This document shows positions 1-10,247 of a stretch of DNA of 64,000 bases, piece after piece. The stretch's first letter is position 1, and the number at the start of each line of letters is the position of its first letter. Made by a program: the position numbers and the translations under genes. The notes under the pieces were generated by a model. It searched no databases, was not told the origin of the DNA, and saw only the letters and a list, made by a program, of their open reading frames with translations. The DNA lies in the IMG/VR virus record IMGVR_UViG_3300028558_000016, positions 186,001-250,000 of that record; one strand, written 5' to 3'.

Positions 1-2
1 TG

Positions 3-2573
3 GTCATTGACATAAACAAATTCATATTGGATGAAGACCTAAAAGCATTTTCAGGATTCTGGACGTTCAAGGATCTGGTTGACGTAAACGACAACACAGA
101 CACAACAACAATAGAATTCACCAATAGAGAGAAATTTATTCACCATAACATTAATCTCGAATATGATTATTTAAAAGAGAATTTCTCGAAAGAGGAAGCC
201 GTCAAATCGAGAATATTCCCAAGCATTTCAAAATGGGTTTATCAAGGTGGAGATGACATAAGAGACAATCCATATAGGTTGAACACACATCCTGTATTTG
301 GAGCAATGAATTTTTCTCCAAGTTCAGTTATAAGAACTCAGGACCCGCAAGGTTTCTCACATGAGTGGCCGTATCTTGAACAACCGCCTCAACAATATCC
401 AAGCGGATTATTGAAGGACAACTATTATTTCTTCTATGACAAGATTGATCTTGCACAGATCAAGGATGCAAATCCTTTGAACCCTGATTACTTCACAGAG
501 TATTTCACTTTCCAACCAGCAGTCGACACTCCTGATCAAGAAAGATATGATATATTCAAATTCAATGGAGAAACTGGATTGTGTGAAACTTTCTTCAGAG
601 GAGTTAAGATAAGAATCAAGGAAGTAATCAAAGACACAAAGATTACTCAAATACAAGGAATCAAACCTCCGTTCAAAGACAGATCAACGAGATTTGAAGG
701 ATACAAGTTTTCTGTATTGTTAAGACCAATCAAACAGGATCCTAATTCCATTCAAGCACCTGTAACTTTTAATTTGATCGAAAACAAAACTCATCAAACT
801 TTATTGTTTGTGATCGACCTCGTCATTGAAGATTACAGAACTTTGACTTTATTAAATCCAGATGATTTAGGAGATTACGGATCACCAGTAATAAACTACC
901 CAGACCGTCTTGAGTCTCACATCGATTATCTTCTTCTTTATTCTATGAAGTCGAAGAAGAGCGAAAAATTATCTGACGACTCAGCATCCATATTCATACG
1001 TGGTTTGGATGGACATGATTTCGGAGACATCAAATTGTCAATGGGAATTAATGCTTCATCACCGAGTGGATTGATTGGTGGTTTCACTGTTATAAATGTG
1101 TTCGATAATCCTGACTATGATTGGGATTTAAGAGATGAATTCAAAAATTTCAATAAGGAAAATATTCTTACTGGAGAATTCATATTTGGTAACACTAAGT
1201 TCCCATATCCGTTACAGGTAAATCAAACCCAAATATTCTTTGGATTAACTGGAAACTTAGGTTATCCGCAAGATCCGCTAACTGCATATCCAAATTTCGA
1301 AGCTCCTATTGCAAACAACATATTCATTCCATACGGATCCGATTTTGACTGGGAATCTTTCCCTTGGACACAGGTTCACGGAGGAAAGCTTTATCTTGAG
1401 CCAATAATGCAGAGACTTGCGTTTGGAAGAATTGCAGAGAAAATAAATCTCTACAGTCCGTTCATTAAGTACAACACATATTTCTGGGACGAAGCTTCTG
1501 CCACAACAAAAGTAAGTCCTAACGAATTTTACATTGAGATAATTGATCCAAGCAAGATAACAAAAACAGAAGCAGTTCTTCCTCAAATAGACGAAGACAA
1601 GCCAGAAGAATTCAAGAACGAATCGACAATCGGTGTTGACTTTGTAAAAGTTGCATACTTTGCAGAAATTTACAGACACTCAGGTCCGTACGAACCTAAG
1701 TTCAGAAACGTTTTATTCTTCAAGGATCAGAAGACCGATATTATCGTTGATGCCAACATTAAATTGGAATTCAAACAAGCAACATTCAATCCGGCTGTTG
1801 ATGGATTTGGATTCATAAACAATCTCGGTTATTTAAAAGTTGCTGACCATGACGTTCTTACTCTTGCAAACAATCCTAAATACGATCCAAGGTATCCGTT
1901 ATTAAACGAGACTCCTATCGATAAGAGAGATTTCTTTACGTTCCAATCAAGTTGGGATCCAGGATTCTGGAGAACATACACGACGAAGAAAGATTTCTTC
2001 TCACAAGCAGGAACAAGGGAAATGTTGGAAGTTAAAAACTTCTTAGGAACCAAGATCATGAAAACACATGACTTGATAAGATTACAAGATTGGACCATTG
2101 AGCCGCAAATAGATTCATTGGACCAAATCAATGTTGACAACTTTAACGGCGAGATAGTATATGCCATAGTTAATGGAAAATTACAGGCATTGATCAATGT
2201 AAAGAAGAGACTATTGAGATTCCTCGTTTCAGACGGAGCAAACTCTGAATTCGTGAAAAATCTTTTACCTGAATTTGGTATAGGAGATCCTTCGACTCTT
2301 GACGATGACGTATTGGAATATCTGACGTTGAACGTTCTTCCAACTTACGAGGTTAAACTCGTTGACTCTTATATTAAGAAGTACAAGGAAAATCTTAATC
2401 TTCCTATATTGAGAGGTGACATGACCGATGCTCAGAAGCTCCAGAATGGATACCTTCTTGACAAGAACTTCACCACTCAGAAGAAGAATGATTTCGTTTA
2501 TTACTTTGAGTATGCACTGGATAAAAGCTTTAATGTTTCTTTGGCACCATCGTTAAATGTAGGTAAGATTTAA
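3..2573 (+). CDS. Large virion structural protein, 5' partial (frame is open from the window start)
   Basis: Open frame of at least 848 aa, no recognisable catalytic motif; lies directly upstream of tail-fibre-like genes. Confidence 0.55.
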   Translation, partial: VIDINKFILDEDLKAFSGFWTFKDLVDVNDNTDTTTIEFTNREKFIHHNINLEYDYLKENFSKEEAVKSRIFPSISKWVYQGGDDIRDNPYRLNTHPVFGAMNFSPSSVIRTQDPQGFSHEWPYLEQPPQQYPSGLLKDNYYFFYDKIDLAQIKDANPLNPDYFTEYFTFQPAVDTPDQERYDIFKFNGETGLCETFFRGVKIRIKEVIKDTKITQIQGIKPPFKDRSTRFEGYKFSVLLRPIKQDPNSIQAPVTFNLIENKTHQTLLFVIDLVIEDYRTLTLLNPDDLGDYGSPVINYPDRLESHIDYLLLYSMKSKKSEKLSDDSASIFIRGLDGHDFGDIKLSMGINASSPSGLIGGFTVINVFDNPDYDWDLRDEFKNFNKENILTGEFIFGNTKFPYPLQVNQTQIFFGLTGNLGYPQDPLTAYPNFEAPIANNIFIPYGSDFDWESFPWTQVHGGKLYLEPIMQRLAFGRIAEKINLYSPFIKYNTYFWDEASATTKVSPNEFYIEIIDPSKITKTEAVLPQIDEDKPEEFKNESTIGVDFVKVAYFAEIYRHSGPYEPKFRNVLFFKDQKTDIIVDANIKLEFKQATFNPAVDGFGFINNLGYLKVADHDVLTLANNPKYDPRYPLLNETPIDKRDFFTFQSSWDPGFWRTYTTKKDFFSQAGTREMLEVKNFLGTKIMKTHDLIRLQDWTIEPQIDSLDQINVDNFNGEIVYAIVNGKLQALINVKKRLLRFLVSDGANSEFVKNLLPEFGIGDPSTLDDDVLEYLTLNVLPTYEVKLVDSYIKKYKENLNLPILRGDMTDAQKLQNGYLLDKNFTTQKKNDFVYYFEYALDKSFNVSLAPSLNVGKI

Positions 2574-2577
2574 AGAC

Positions 2578-2586
2578 AATATATAG
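2578..2586 (+). promoter_or_regulatory. Putative late promoter element AATATATAG
   Basis: One copy of a recurring (A/G)ATATATA(G/C/A) motif found just upstream of starts; resembles the T4 late promoter TATAAATA. Confidence 0.5.
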
Positions 2587-2589
2587 GAC

Positions 2590-2961
2590 ATGATGATCAT
2601 ACAGTTCTTTCCACACCATACAGTTGACGCAGGAAGCTTTTTCGAGATTCTCGAATATGCTGTGAATGCTGAAGGTTTCATGGTTCAGAAAGAATCTGCA
2701 AGAGGAAACATAGCATTTGCGTTGCCAAGCGATGAAGCATTCACGCCCAATCAACCAAAGCTTGTTGGAATATCTCAGTTCGCAAACAGGACCAAAGATA
2801 GAACTGGAAAGATGTTGTATACTTTTGCTGAGATCACTCCTGAACTTGTTGCAGGTCTTATATTTGGACCTATTTCAAATCAGCATTACACGACGATAAC
2901 AGATGAATTAGGAATAAGAAGTTGTTGGTCACGAGGAATTAAAAATATATATTTCGTATAA
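2590..2961 (+). CDS. Hypothetical protein (123 aa)
   Basis: ORF fills the gap between two structural genes and follows the late motif. Confidence 0.7.
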   Translation: MMIIQFFPHHTVDAGSFFEILEYAVNAEGFMVQKESARGNIAFALPSDEAFTPNQPKLVGISQFANRTKDRTGKMLYTFAEITPELVAGLIFGPISNQHYTTITDELGIRSCWSRGIKNIYFV

Positions 2962-2963
2962 AC

Positions 2964-2971
2964 GATAAATA
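2964..2971 (+). promoter_or_regulatory. Putative late promoter variant GATAAATA
   Basis: 7/8 match to the T4 late promoter TATAAATA, 7 nt before the fibre gene ATG. Confidence 0.45.
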
Positions 2972-2978
2972 AGAAGAG

Positions 2979-5900
2979 ATGCTTTTAAATCTATTACAGC
3001 TATTACAGTCAGACGACCAAACGACGTACACCGACAAGGTAAACTATAACTTCGATCAGATCTTAGCTATGGGTGGTGGTCCAATTGGTCCAACCGGTTT
3101 CCAAGGAATACAAGGTGTTCCAGGTGCACAAGGAATCCAGGGATTCCAAGGTCTTCCAGGAATGGACGGATCGAGATGGTATGTGTTGCCTTCAACAAGC
3201 ACACCAACAACACCAACTCCAAAAATTGGAGATCTTTGGTTGCAAACGGACACTTTAGCAATTTTAGAATATCTTGGTTCTCCTCCAATGTGGGTCAACC
3301 TTGGTTTCACTTTAGCATCAACTGGAGTTTTCACTGCAGGCGGAGCAAACAACTTGGTTTTCACAAGCCCAAGCCCATTGCGTTCTCTTGTTTTATCTCC
3401 AATAAATTATGGAATTGGAAATGATTCTCCTGGAGCTGCCGATTACAGATTAAAGATCGTGACTTCTTCAGGAAGCCCAATGATAAGATTTGCTGTTGAT
3501 GATGCTGGATCAGAAAGCACACCAACAACAACACAACCTACAATAAGCGTTCAAAAAATAAACAACGTTCTTTATCCTGGTTCTACAAACTGGAGATTAA
3601 ACGTTGAAGACTTAAACGGTGACATCTTCTTGAATCTTAATGGAAACTATTTTGGAGTATATCCACAAATAGCAAGCGTATCAAGATTCGATTTCGGTGC
3701 ACAAACGAGATTACAAAATAATGCAGTTGACAGATTGTTGTCATTCGCTGTGTCAAACACAGGAACAGAGTTCTTCCACATAGGAAGACACACTGGTTTA
3801 GCAACAACTGCAGACAGATTATTCTCTATAAAAGATAATGGACAGATTTCTATTGGTGATGCATTCAGCAATCCAATTGGAGCAACAAATTATCACATTG
3901 ATTCCATCAATGATGACCTTGCGAAAACAGGTCCGCCACCTCCAGTAGATTGGTTGAGATTAAGAGGAAGAGTTCAAAATGGTGGAACTACTTGGGATTC
4001 ATTAAACATCAACCACAACAGGTTGTTCAGTGACACAGGATCTCCTGCACAAAGATCTACGATGATAAGAATTCAACATCAGGTCAACAGCTCGTTGTAT
4101 CACTTTGTTGGATTTACTGGTGGTGCCGATAATACTTCCGCATCATTCAGACCTCAATTGAGATTGGGTTTTACAAACTCTTATTATTTTGCTGCTGACG
4201 TAAACGGAAGAATTGGAATTGGTTCTACTTCATTCATACAAAAATACAACAGTGGTGCGAATACATTTCAACCTAAGTTAACTATCGAAGGTTCTGGAGC
4301 AACTGTCACAACAGGAAATTCAGCATGGAGCGGTATTCACTTAATACATCCAAACGTCGTTGATGCACAGGTTGGTATCACATCTGGTGGTCTTGGAGTA
4401 AATGAGAACTTAACATTTGCTGGAATTCACTTCAAGGATAAATCAAGTCAAATCATTCAAGGTGTTGACATTGAATTTGCCACAGCAAGATATTTCGATG
4501 CTGGTGAAATCACAAGACACACTATAACAAGAGAAGGAAATCACTATTGGTATTCAAAAAACGATCCAAACACATTCTTGTTGTTAGAGCCAGGCGGATT
4601 AGCAACTCCAAATGATTTCATGCACATCAGTGCTTACAATCAAACAACATTAAGCTGGAAGGATATTATATTTAACAGAGGAACTGATTTCACCGGATAT
4701 GGCGACGGATTTGTTGGTATTGGTGGAGACATTGGATTCGGAGATCAAGTAGCAGCTTCAGTCAACCTTGCAAACAATCCAGCACAAACTTATGTTGCAT
4801 TAACTGTTTGTACATTTACTGTTTATCCATTCTTTGGATTCCCATTCTCTGGATTCATAAATGCAGGAGACATTTTCACGTCATCTTCTTTCCCAGACGT
4901 AATGAACTTAGATTCAGGAACTGTTGCGAGAGCAAAACCTCAATCCAAGCTTCACGTAAATGAATCAGTAACTTTCGGAACAAGACTTGATGGTCTTTAC
5001 AGTTTCGTTGGAACTAATTCGTTCACGGTTGGTAATACACATCGTGCGAGCGGATTAAGAAGCATTATATTAGGTGGTGTTGGTCATACAGCATCAGGAC
5101 AAGATGGAATAATTATTGGTTGGAGTGGTGGAGCTGGTATCACAATGCCGGATCCAAATAAAGTATTGTTGGCAACAACAACTCACGTTAGCACAGTTGC
5201 TCCATCTACACTTGTTTCAAGCCCATTATACACAGACGGTGAACAAAATACATTCTTTGGTGTTCCAGCACAATACGTTGTTACTGGAGCTCCTATATTA
5301 AATCCGTCAATTTCAATTCCTACATCTGGATTTGGAATAAGCGGACAAATTGGAAGATACGGAAGCGTATTAACTTTAGAAGGAAGAACCGATACGGCTC
5401 AATTGGCAAATGTAGCAGTTGCGATGGAATTCCACATAAAGAACGTTTCTAACACTAAGAGAATATTAGCATCAATTAATGCACAATACACCGAAGTTAC
5501 TCCTGGAACTCCAATAGGATTCCTATCGTTTGCTGTTCTAAAAGGACCAGCGATAAACAGTGCTGGTGTTGGTGCTTCTGGTGCTTTGGCTGAAGCATTA
5601 AGATTAACAGCAAATGGAACTTTACAATTTATTCCAACAGATCCTTCGATGAAATCGAAGTTGACAGTTGCACAAAATCAAAAAACTGGTGGCCCAGGAT
5701 ATTCATTATTCTTGACCGGTGGTTTTGCAAACACGACTGGTGGACCTGCTGCAGGTGGAAACTTATTCATTGACGCAGGACTTGGTGGTGCAGGTGGTGC
5801 AAACGGTGGTGTTGCAATTGGTGTAAACTTTTCAACTGCTAATATTACTGTAGGAACCACCTCGGTTTCAACAACAGCAATCGTTGGAGCCACTGCTTCA

Positions 5901-6434
5901 TTAGCATCAACTACAGCTTCAGTTGTAACACAAAGTGCTGATGTGTCTGTTACAGGAAACATGAGACATGTAAGACCAACTTGGGAAAGCTTCTCAGTAA
6001 GCAGCTTTGTTAACGGTTCTGGTGGAGCAACTCTTACCATAATAGCAGATAACGTTAAAGTCCATCATGGTGGTGGAACAAACACAAACGCAGTAACATT
6101 ATTTTCGTTCATCATAGATCCAGCACCTTTCGATCGTATGATTTATTGGTTAGGTGGAAATGATGCTTCGATCGCACAATCTGCTGGAGCATTTAATGCT
6201 GTAGAACAAAACAAGGGACAAATATTCATGCACCTTTATAGATTTCCTTATGGTGGTGGTGACATCATCCAAAGAACTTATACAACGATGTATGGTGGTG
6301 GTAACTTTATTGTACCAGCTAATCAATCAATGAAAGTTTTAATGGAGACTGGACCTATTGAAGGTGTAAGAAGTTTCTTTAGAACTGCAACTGGGCACGA
6401 TTTCTTATTCAGACAAGCTAAATTTGGATTATAA
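2979..6434 (+). CDS. Collagen-repeat tail fibre / virion protein (1151 aa)
   Basis: Ten Gly-X-Y triplets near the N-terminus (GPIGPTGFQGIQGVPGAQGIQGFQGLPGMDG); long G/T/S/A-rich beta-type body. Confidence 0.7.
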   Translation: MLLNLLQLLQSDDQTTYTDKVNYNFDQILAMGGGPIGPTGFQGIQGVPGAQGIQGFQGLPGMDGSRWYVLPSTSTPTTPTPKIGDLWLQTDTLAILEYLGSPPMWVNLGFTLASTGVFTAGGANNLVFTSPSPLRSLVLSPINYGIGNDSPGAADYRLKIVTSSGSPMIRFAVDDAGSESTPTTTQPTISVQKINNVLYPGSTNWRLNVEDLNGDIFLNLNGNYFGVYPQIASVSRFDFGAQTRLQNNAVDRLLSFAVSNTGTEFFHIGRHTGLATTADRLFSIKDNGQISIGDAFSNPIGATNYHIDSINDDLAKTGPPPPVDWLRLRGRVQNGGTTWDSLNINHNRLFSDTGSPAQRSTMIRIQHQVNSSLYHFVGFTGGADNTSASFRPQLRLGFTNSYYFAADVNGRIGIGSTSFIQKYNSGANTFQPKLTIEGSGATVTTGNSAWSGIHLIHPNVVDAQVGITSGGLGVNENLTFAGIHFKDKSSQIIQGVDIEFATARYFDAGEITRHTITREGNHYWYSKNDPNTFLLLEPGGLATPNDFMHISAYNQTTLSWKDIIFNRGTDFTGYGDGFVGIGGDIGFGDQVAASVNLANNPAQTYVALTVCTFTVYPFFGFPFSGFINAGDIFTSSSFPDVMNLDSGTVARAKPQSKLHVNESVTFGTRLDGLYSFVGTNSFTVGNTHRASGLRSIILGGVGHTASGQDGIIIGWSGGAGITMPDPNKVLLATTTHVSTVAPSTLVSSPLYTDGEQNTFFGVPAQYVVTGAPILNPSISIPTSGFGISGQIGRYGSVLTLEGRTDTAQLANVAVAMEFHIKNVSNTKRILASINAQYTEVTPGTPIGFLSFAVLKGPAINSAGVGASGALAEALRLTANGTLQFIPTDPSMKSKLTVAQNQKTGGPGYSLFLTGGFANTTGGPAAGGNLFIDAGLGGAGGANGGVAIGVNFSTANITVGTTSVSTTAIVGATASLASTTASVVTQSADVSVTGNMRHVRPTWESFSVSSFVNGSGGATLTIIADNVKVHHGGGTNTNAVTLFSFIIDPAPFDRMIYWLGGNDASIAQSAGAFNAVEQNKGQIFMHLYRFPYGGGDIIQRTYTTMYGGGNFIVPANQSMKVLMETGPIEGVRSFFRTATGHDFLFRQAKFGL
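3078..3170 (+). repeat. Collagen Gly-X-Y repeat
   Basis: Ten consecutive GXY triplets in the translation. Confidence 0.9.
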
Positions 6435-6442
6435 TAATTAAT

Positions 6443-6775
6443 ATGACAACAAGAGACATAATAAACGATACTTGTAATTCTCAGCCAGAAGGAATGGAAT
6501 TACTACATTCTATCAAAGTTAATTTTAACGATGTTCAATCTCAATATTTGGGCTGCTTACTAATGCAGAAAATAGTTGAGATAAAACTCGACATGAATAA
6601 ACTTAAAACAGATGGATACACATTGCAAGAAGTTCTTGACGGATGTGCTGGAATAGTTCATGATGAAGCAGAGAGATTCGTTCTCATGAAGCTTCAGCAA
6701 TTTGTTAATCCAAGAATAGCAAAAGCAAAGTCAGAAGCAGAATCACAGGAAGCTCCTAAAGCTCCACAAAACTAA
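6443..6775 (+). CDS. Hypothetical protein (110 aa), possibly fibre-associated
   Basis: Tightly packed after the fibre gene. Confidence 0.65.
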   Translation: MTTRDIINDTCNSQPEGMELLHSIKVNFNDVQSQYLGCLLMQKIVEIKLDMNKLKTDGYTLQEVLDGCAGIVHDEAERFVLMKLQQFVNPRIAKAKSEAESQEAPKAPQN

Positions 6776-6781
6776 AAATAA

Positions 6782-7114
6782 ATGAGAAGAAGAATGTCGG
6801 ACATGATGAACAAATTTTCTTTCGCACAGATGACGTCAAACAGTGACGGAAAAACAAGCGGAAGCGGAACAGTGGGAATTATAGTAGCTCTCGCTGGAGT
6901 AGTTGGTTTCATATATGGCGTAGTAGAATATGCATGCCTTTCAAAAGATGGAACTATAATGAGCCAAAGCATAATCGTCATCACTATTGGTGCTGGTCTT
7001 CTTGGATTCAGAAAATCTAAAGATGGAAATCTTGCAGCAGTGTTAAACACCGCAGACAACGATACAACTACAATAACAACCACAGAGGTTAAAGCCGATG
7101 ATGTTGTTAAATAA
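6782..7114 (+). CDS. Small two-TM membrane protein, holin-like
   Basis: Two hydrophobic segments (GTVGIIVALAGVVGFIYGVV; SIIVITIGAGLLGF) followed by RKSK and a charged tail. Confidence 0.45.
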   Translation: MRRRMSDMMNKFSFAQMTSNSDGKTSGSGTVGIIVALAGVVGFIYGVVEYACLSKDGTIMSQSIIVITIGAGLLGFRKSKDGNLAAVLNTADNDTTTITTTEVKADDVVK

Positions 7115-7119
7115 TTTCT

Positions 7120-7128
7120 AATATATAG
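7120..7128 (+). promoter_or_regulatory. Putative late promoter AATATATAG
   Basis: Recurring motif, 3 nt before ATG 7132. Confidence 0.5.
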
Positions 7129-7131
7129 AAC

Positions 7132-8166
7132 ATGAGATTTTTATTTCTTCTTATTGCTTTCGTTTTTTCATCACTTAAGGCACAAACTTTCCGTGATGAT
7201 GGCTCTTTGTTATCAATCGAACAACCTAACGCAAACAAGGTAGAAAGTATTTTAGCAGGATGTCCAGCAACAAATAATTTATTTACTTTTTACGCGCAAA
7301 ACAATGCACAAAGAGGAGTAATGTTTGATCTTCAAGCAATTAATGCAGTAACAATATTATGCTTTGACGTTAATTTAGATCCAGGAACTACCAATGTAGA
7401 AATATATTCAAAGGCAGGAACTCATGTTGGATTTCAAAATCTTGCAGGTTCTTGGACACTAATTGGAACAGCTGTAAATTTAGTTTCAGCTGGAGTAAAT
7501 GTTGGTACGTATGTTCCAATTGCAGTAAACACTCCTATCGGTGCTGGCGCAACAAGAGCATTTTATATCACACGTACAACATTGAATGGACCTGTTGTGG
7601 ATTACACGAACGGTGTTCTCGTAGGTAATTTATTAGCTGCGGATGCTAACCTTAAAATATTTGAAGGAACCGGTAAGGAATATCCATTCTCTACAAACTT
7701 CTCTCCGCGTCAGTTTAACGGAAGAATATATTACAATCTTGGAGTTCTTCCAATAGAGATGACATTGTTCAATGTGTCTTTTGAAAATGAGACCAATGTA
7801 TTAAGATGGGAATGTGCAACAGAATTAAACAATGAATTTTTCTCTGTAGAGAAATCTTCTGATGCAGTTAATTTCAATTCAATTGGAAAGATTAATGGAG
7901 CAGGAACTTCATTGTATACCACAAGATATTCTTTTGTGGATAAGAACGTTTCTTCTGTAAACTATTACAGAATAAAACAAGTAGATTTTAACGGTAATTA
8001 CAAGAACTCTGACATGGTCGTTATCGATAACAACAGAACAATATCAAAGAATGTTATTAAGACATTTGATCCTACAGGAAGAGAAATTTCAGATGTTTCT
8101 AATTTCCAAGGAATTTATATCATACAATATGATAACGGCACATACGAAAGAAAAATCAAACAGTAA
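7132..8166 (+). CDS. Secreted protein with signal peptide, Ig-like pre-CTD domain and T9SS type A-like C-terminal sorting domain
   Basis: Signal peptide MRFLFLLIAFVFSSLKAQ; LPIEMTLF...LRWECATELNNEFFSVEKS...YYRIKQVDFNG block; C-terminus KTFDPTGRE...GIYIIQYDNGTYERKI. Confidence 0.75.
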   Translation: MRFLFLLIAFVFSSLKAQTFRDDGSLLSIEQPNANKVESILAGCPATNNLFTFYAQNNAQRGVMFDLQAINAVTILCFDVNLDPGTTNVEIYSKAGTHVGFQNLAGSWTLIGTAVNLVSAGVNVGTYVPIAVNTPIGAGATRAFYITRTTLNGPVVDYTNGVLVGNLLAADANLKIFEGTGKEYPFSTNFSPRQFNGRIYYNLGVLPIEMTLFNVSFENETNVLRWECATELNNEFFSVEKSSDAVNFNSIGKINGAGTSLYTTRYSFVDKNVSSVNYYRIKQVDFNGNYKNSDMVVIDNNRTISKNVIKTFDPTGREISDVSNFQGIYIIQYDNGTYERKIKQ

Positions 8167-8167
8167 C

Positions 8168-8404
8168 ATGAAAAGAGTAAAATTATTCGAGGATTTCCAT
8201 AACGATCTTAATGCACTTCACGAAGGTTGGTTCAGCGAGATCGACATCATAGGAAAAGAAGCCGCAACTAAAGAAGAATTTATCACAAAGGTAAAAGAAC
8301 TTTTAAAGAAGGCAGCAAATCCAGAAGAAGCAACTAAGCCGGAAGCTTTGGAATATTGGGCTTCTCCTTACTTTGATAAGGATGGCAAGAAAAAAGCTGA
8401 ATAA
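8168..8404 (+). CDS. Small protein with CTS-like leader MKRVKLFEDF (78 aa)
   Basis: ATG at 8168 directly after the upstream stop; leader shared with many ORFs in the window. Confidence 0.7.
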   Translation: MKRVKLFEDFHNDLNALHEGWFSEIDIIGKEAATKEEFITKVKELLKKAANPEEATKPEALEYWASPYFDKDGKKKAE

Positions 8405-8424
8405 AAAAATGGTTTATAAACCCA

Positions 8425-8475
8425 TCCATGAATAGCATTCATGGACTAAATGCCTTTCCGAACGAAAGGCATTTT
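8425..8475 (+). terminator. Tandem hairpins; the second is a rho-independent terminator
   Basis: tccatgaat-agc-attcatgga (8425-8445) and aaatgcctttc-cgaac-gaaaggcattt (8448-8474). Confidence 0.65.
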
Positions 8476-8483
8476 ACTTTAAC

Positions 8484-8780
8484 ATGAAAAAGTTTCTTCT
8501 CATATTATTTCTCATAGCATCCTTGATTGGTGTTGCTCAAACTGGTGGAAGACATCGAGAGGGTAAAAATCAAAAGAGGCTTCACCACCGCATAACAAAG
8601 AAATGGAAATACAGATCAACTCCTGGTTGGAAAAATAAGGACAAGAGTCTGTTTCATTGGAATGTGACCAAGGGTAAAAGGTCGAGAAATAAAATGCAAT
8701 TAAGAATAAACACTGAAAGAGCCAGAAGAAGGATACATGGCAATGATGTGTTCGCTAAAAGAAAATACAAGAGAGTTTAA
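8484..8780 (+). CDS. Highly basic small protein with signal-peptide-like N-terminus
   Basis: MKKFLLILFLIASLIGVAQ followed by K/R/H-rich sequence. Confidence 0.6.
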   Translation: MKKFLLILFLIASLIGVAQTGGRHREGKNQKRLHHRITKKWKYRSTPGWKNKDKSLFHWNVTKGKRSRNKMQLRINTERARRRIHGNDVFAKRKYKRV

Positions 8781-9484
8781 TCTTCGTAACGTTCTGAGAA
8801 ACCGTCCAACTCTTCTTTAAGCATCTTGTCAGTTTCTTTTTCTATCAAAAGCTTCTTGGCTATCTTCCATTCACTGTAACTGCTCCAACCCATTAATTTG
8901 CTAATCTTTGGTTCTAAGTTCTGTCTCTCAATTCTATTTGATAGCTCTTGTAATTCGCTTTCGAGCTGTGGGTTAATTACTATTCTATGAGTAATATAAT
9001 GAGGTTGTGTTTTAGTAACGAACATCCAAGGCTTCTTGAATTCAAACACCCACGAACCTCCTCTACCATATTTATGCATCTTCCATCTTTTCTCAAAACA
9101 ATTTTGTTGTTTTGTTGTAAGCTTACCTGCTGCAAGAAGTTTATTCCACTCCTTATGATCGATGCCAGCAACTTCTTGTAAGATCGGTTTCTTTGTTTTT
9201 GTTTTGTAGTCTTTATATTCAAACTTCTTATCTCTTGATAAAATAGTATTCTGAATCATTTTTAAAATGCCTCTATAAAAATCGGCTTCCTTGCTCTTTG
9301 CAACATCTTCACGCATGACAAAGAAACGTTTGTATCCCCAACGTTCAGGTTTAGGAAGTTCAACCCAATTAAGGCTTCTCTTTCCTTGCATGAGACGCCA
9401 TTTCTTCTTCCAAAGAGAAATGAGCTCCTTCTCATTTTCAAATTTATCCATGCGCCTTTGGCGTCTTTTTCCTACCTCTTTCAT
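8777..9484 (-). CDS. Hypothetical basic protein (235 aa)
   Basis: Long ORF, ATGA-coupled to the upstream minus-strand ORF. Confidence 0.7.
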   Translation of the reverse strand: MKEVGKRRQRRMDKFENEKELISLWKKKWRLMQGKRSLNWVELPKPERWGYKRFFVMREDVAKSKEADFYRGILKMIQNTILSRDKKFEYKDYKTKTKKPILQEVAGIDHKEWNKLLAAGKLTTKQQNCFEKRWKMHKYGRGGSWVFEFKKPWMFVTKTQPHYITHRIVINPQLESELQELSNRIERQNLEPKISKLMGWSSYSEWKIAKKLLIEKETDKMLKEELDGFSERYED

Positions 9485-9660
9485 TTTAATAAAAAATAAA
9501 TTGTTAGCAATACAACTATTCCTAATGCTATTATTAGTTTGGCTCTTCTGTTTTTCTTCTTTTTCTTCTTGTTGCCACCGCCATCTCCATCACCGATGCT
9601 TCCGACAATCTCAACCGTTGCATCTATTAATGCTTCAGCTATTTCTCCACCTTCTATCAT
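9481..9660 (-). CDS. Small tail-anchored membrane protein (59 aa), not in the ORF track
   Basis: MIEGGEIAEAL...GDGDGGGNKKKKKKNRRAKLIIALGIVVLLTIYFLLK*; ATGA overlaps at both ends. Confidence 0.65.
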   Translation of the reverse strand: MIEGGEIAEALIDATVEIVGSIGDGDGGGNKKKKKKNRRAKLIIALGIVVLLTIYFLLK

Positions 9661-10247
9661 ACTTTAATTTTTTTTATTTCCACGTCAACGAAATCAACAC
9701 CAGGGAAAACATCCTTAACGTATTTTTCTATTTCTTCTTTCTTGTTATTATTAAATACCGTAATAGCTAAAAATTGTTTGTCATCATTATTCCAGTAAGC
9801 ATATACATTTTCGATTTCAGGATCATTGTGAAATTTAGCTTCAATTGATTTTGCAACTGTTTTATAAATTTCTGTTGGTTCCTTCTCCCAGCATGAAACA
9901 CAAAAATGTATTTCATTATCTCCCATCAATTTCAATTGCTCAGCAGTCCATTCCATATTACACTGAGCGCAATATTCATAAAATCCCCAAAGAACAATTT
10001 TTTCTATTCCAAACTCTCTTATTTGTTCCATCTTTCCATCAACAGCTTTCAACAAATCATCTATGTCTCCGTCGCAATCTAATAAATAGTGTACTTTTCC
10101 TGGCTGAGCTTTTGACTCAAGCATCTTACACGAAACATATTTACCGATGGTCAGTTCTATATTCTTTCTTATATCTTCAGCAGCCATTGCATTTCCAGCA
10201 TCCTGCATGTTTAATTGGTCAGAATCGAAATTTAAGTGATATTCCAT
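9657..10247 (-). CDS. Hypothetical protein (196 aa)
   Basis: ORF, TAATG-coupled to the upstream nucleotidyltransferase. Confidence 0.7.
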   Translation of the reverse strand: MEYHLNFDSDQLNMQDAGNAMAAEDIRKNIELTIGKYVSCKMLESKAQPGKVHYLLDCDGDIDDLLKAVDGKMEQIREFGIEKIVLWGFYEYCAQCNMEWTAEQLKLMGDNEIHFCVSCWEKEPTEIYKTVAKSIEAKFHNDPEIENVYAYWNNDDKQFLAITVFNNNKKEEIEKYVKDVFPGVDFVDVEIKKIKV

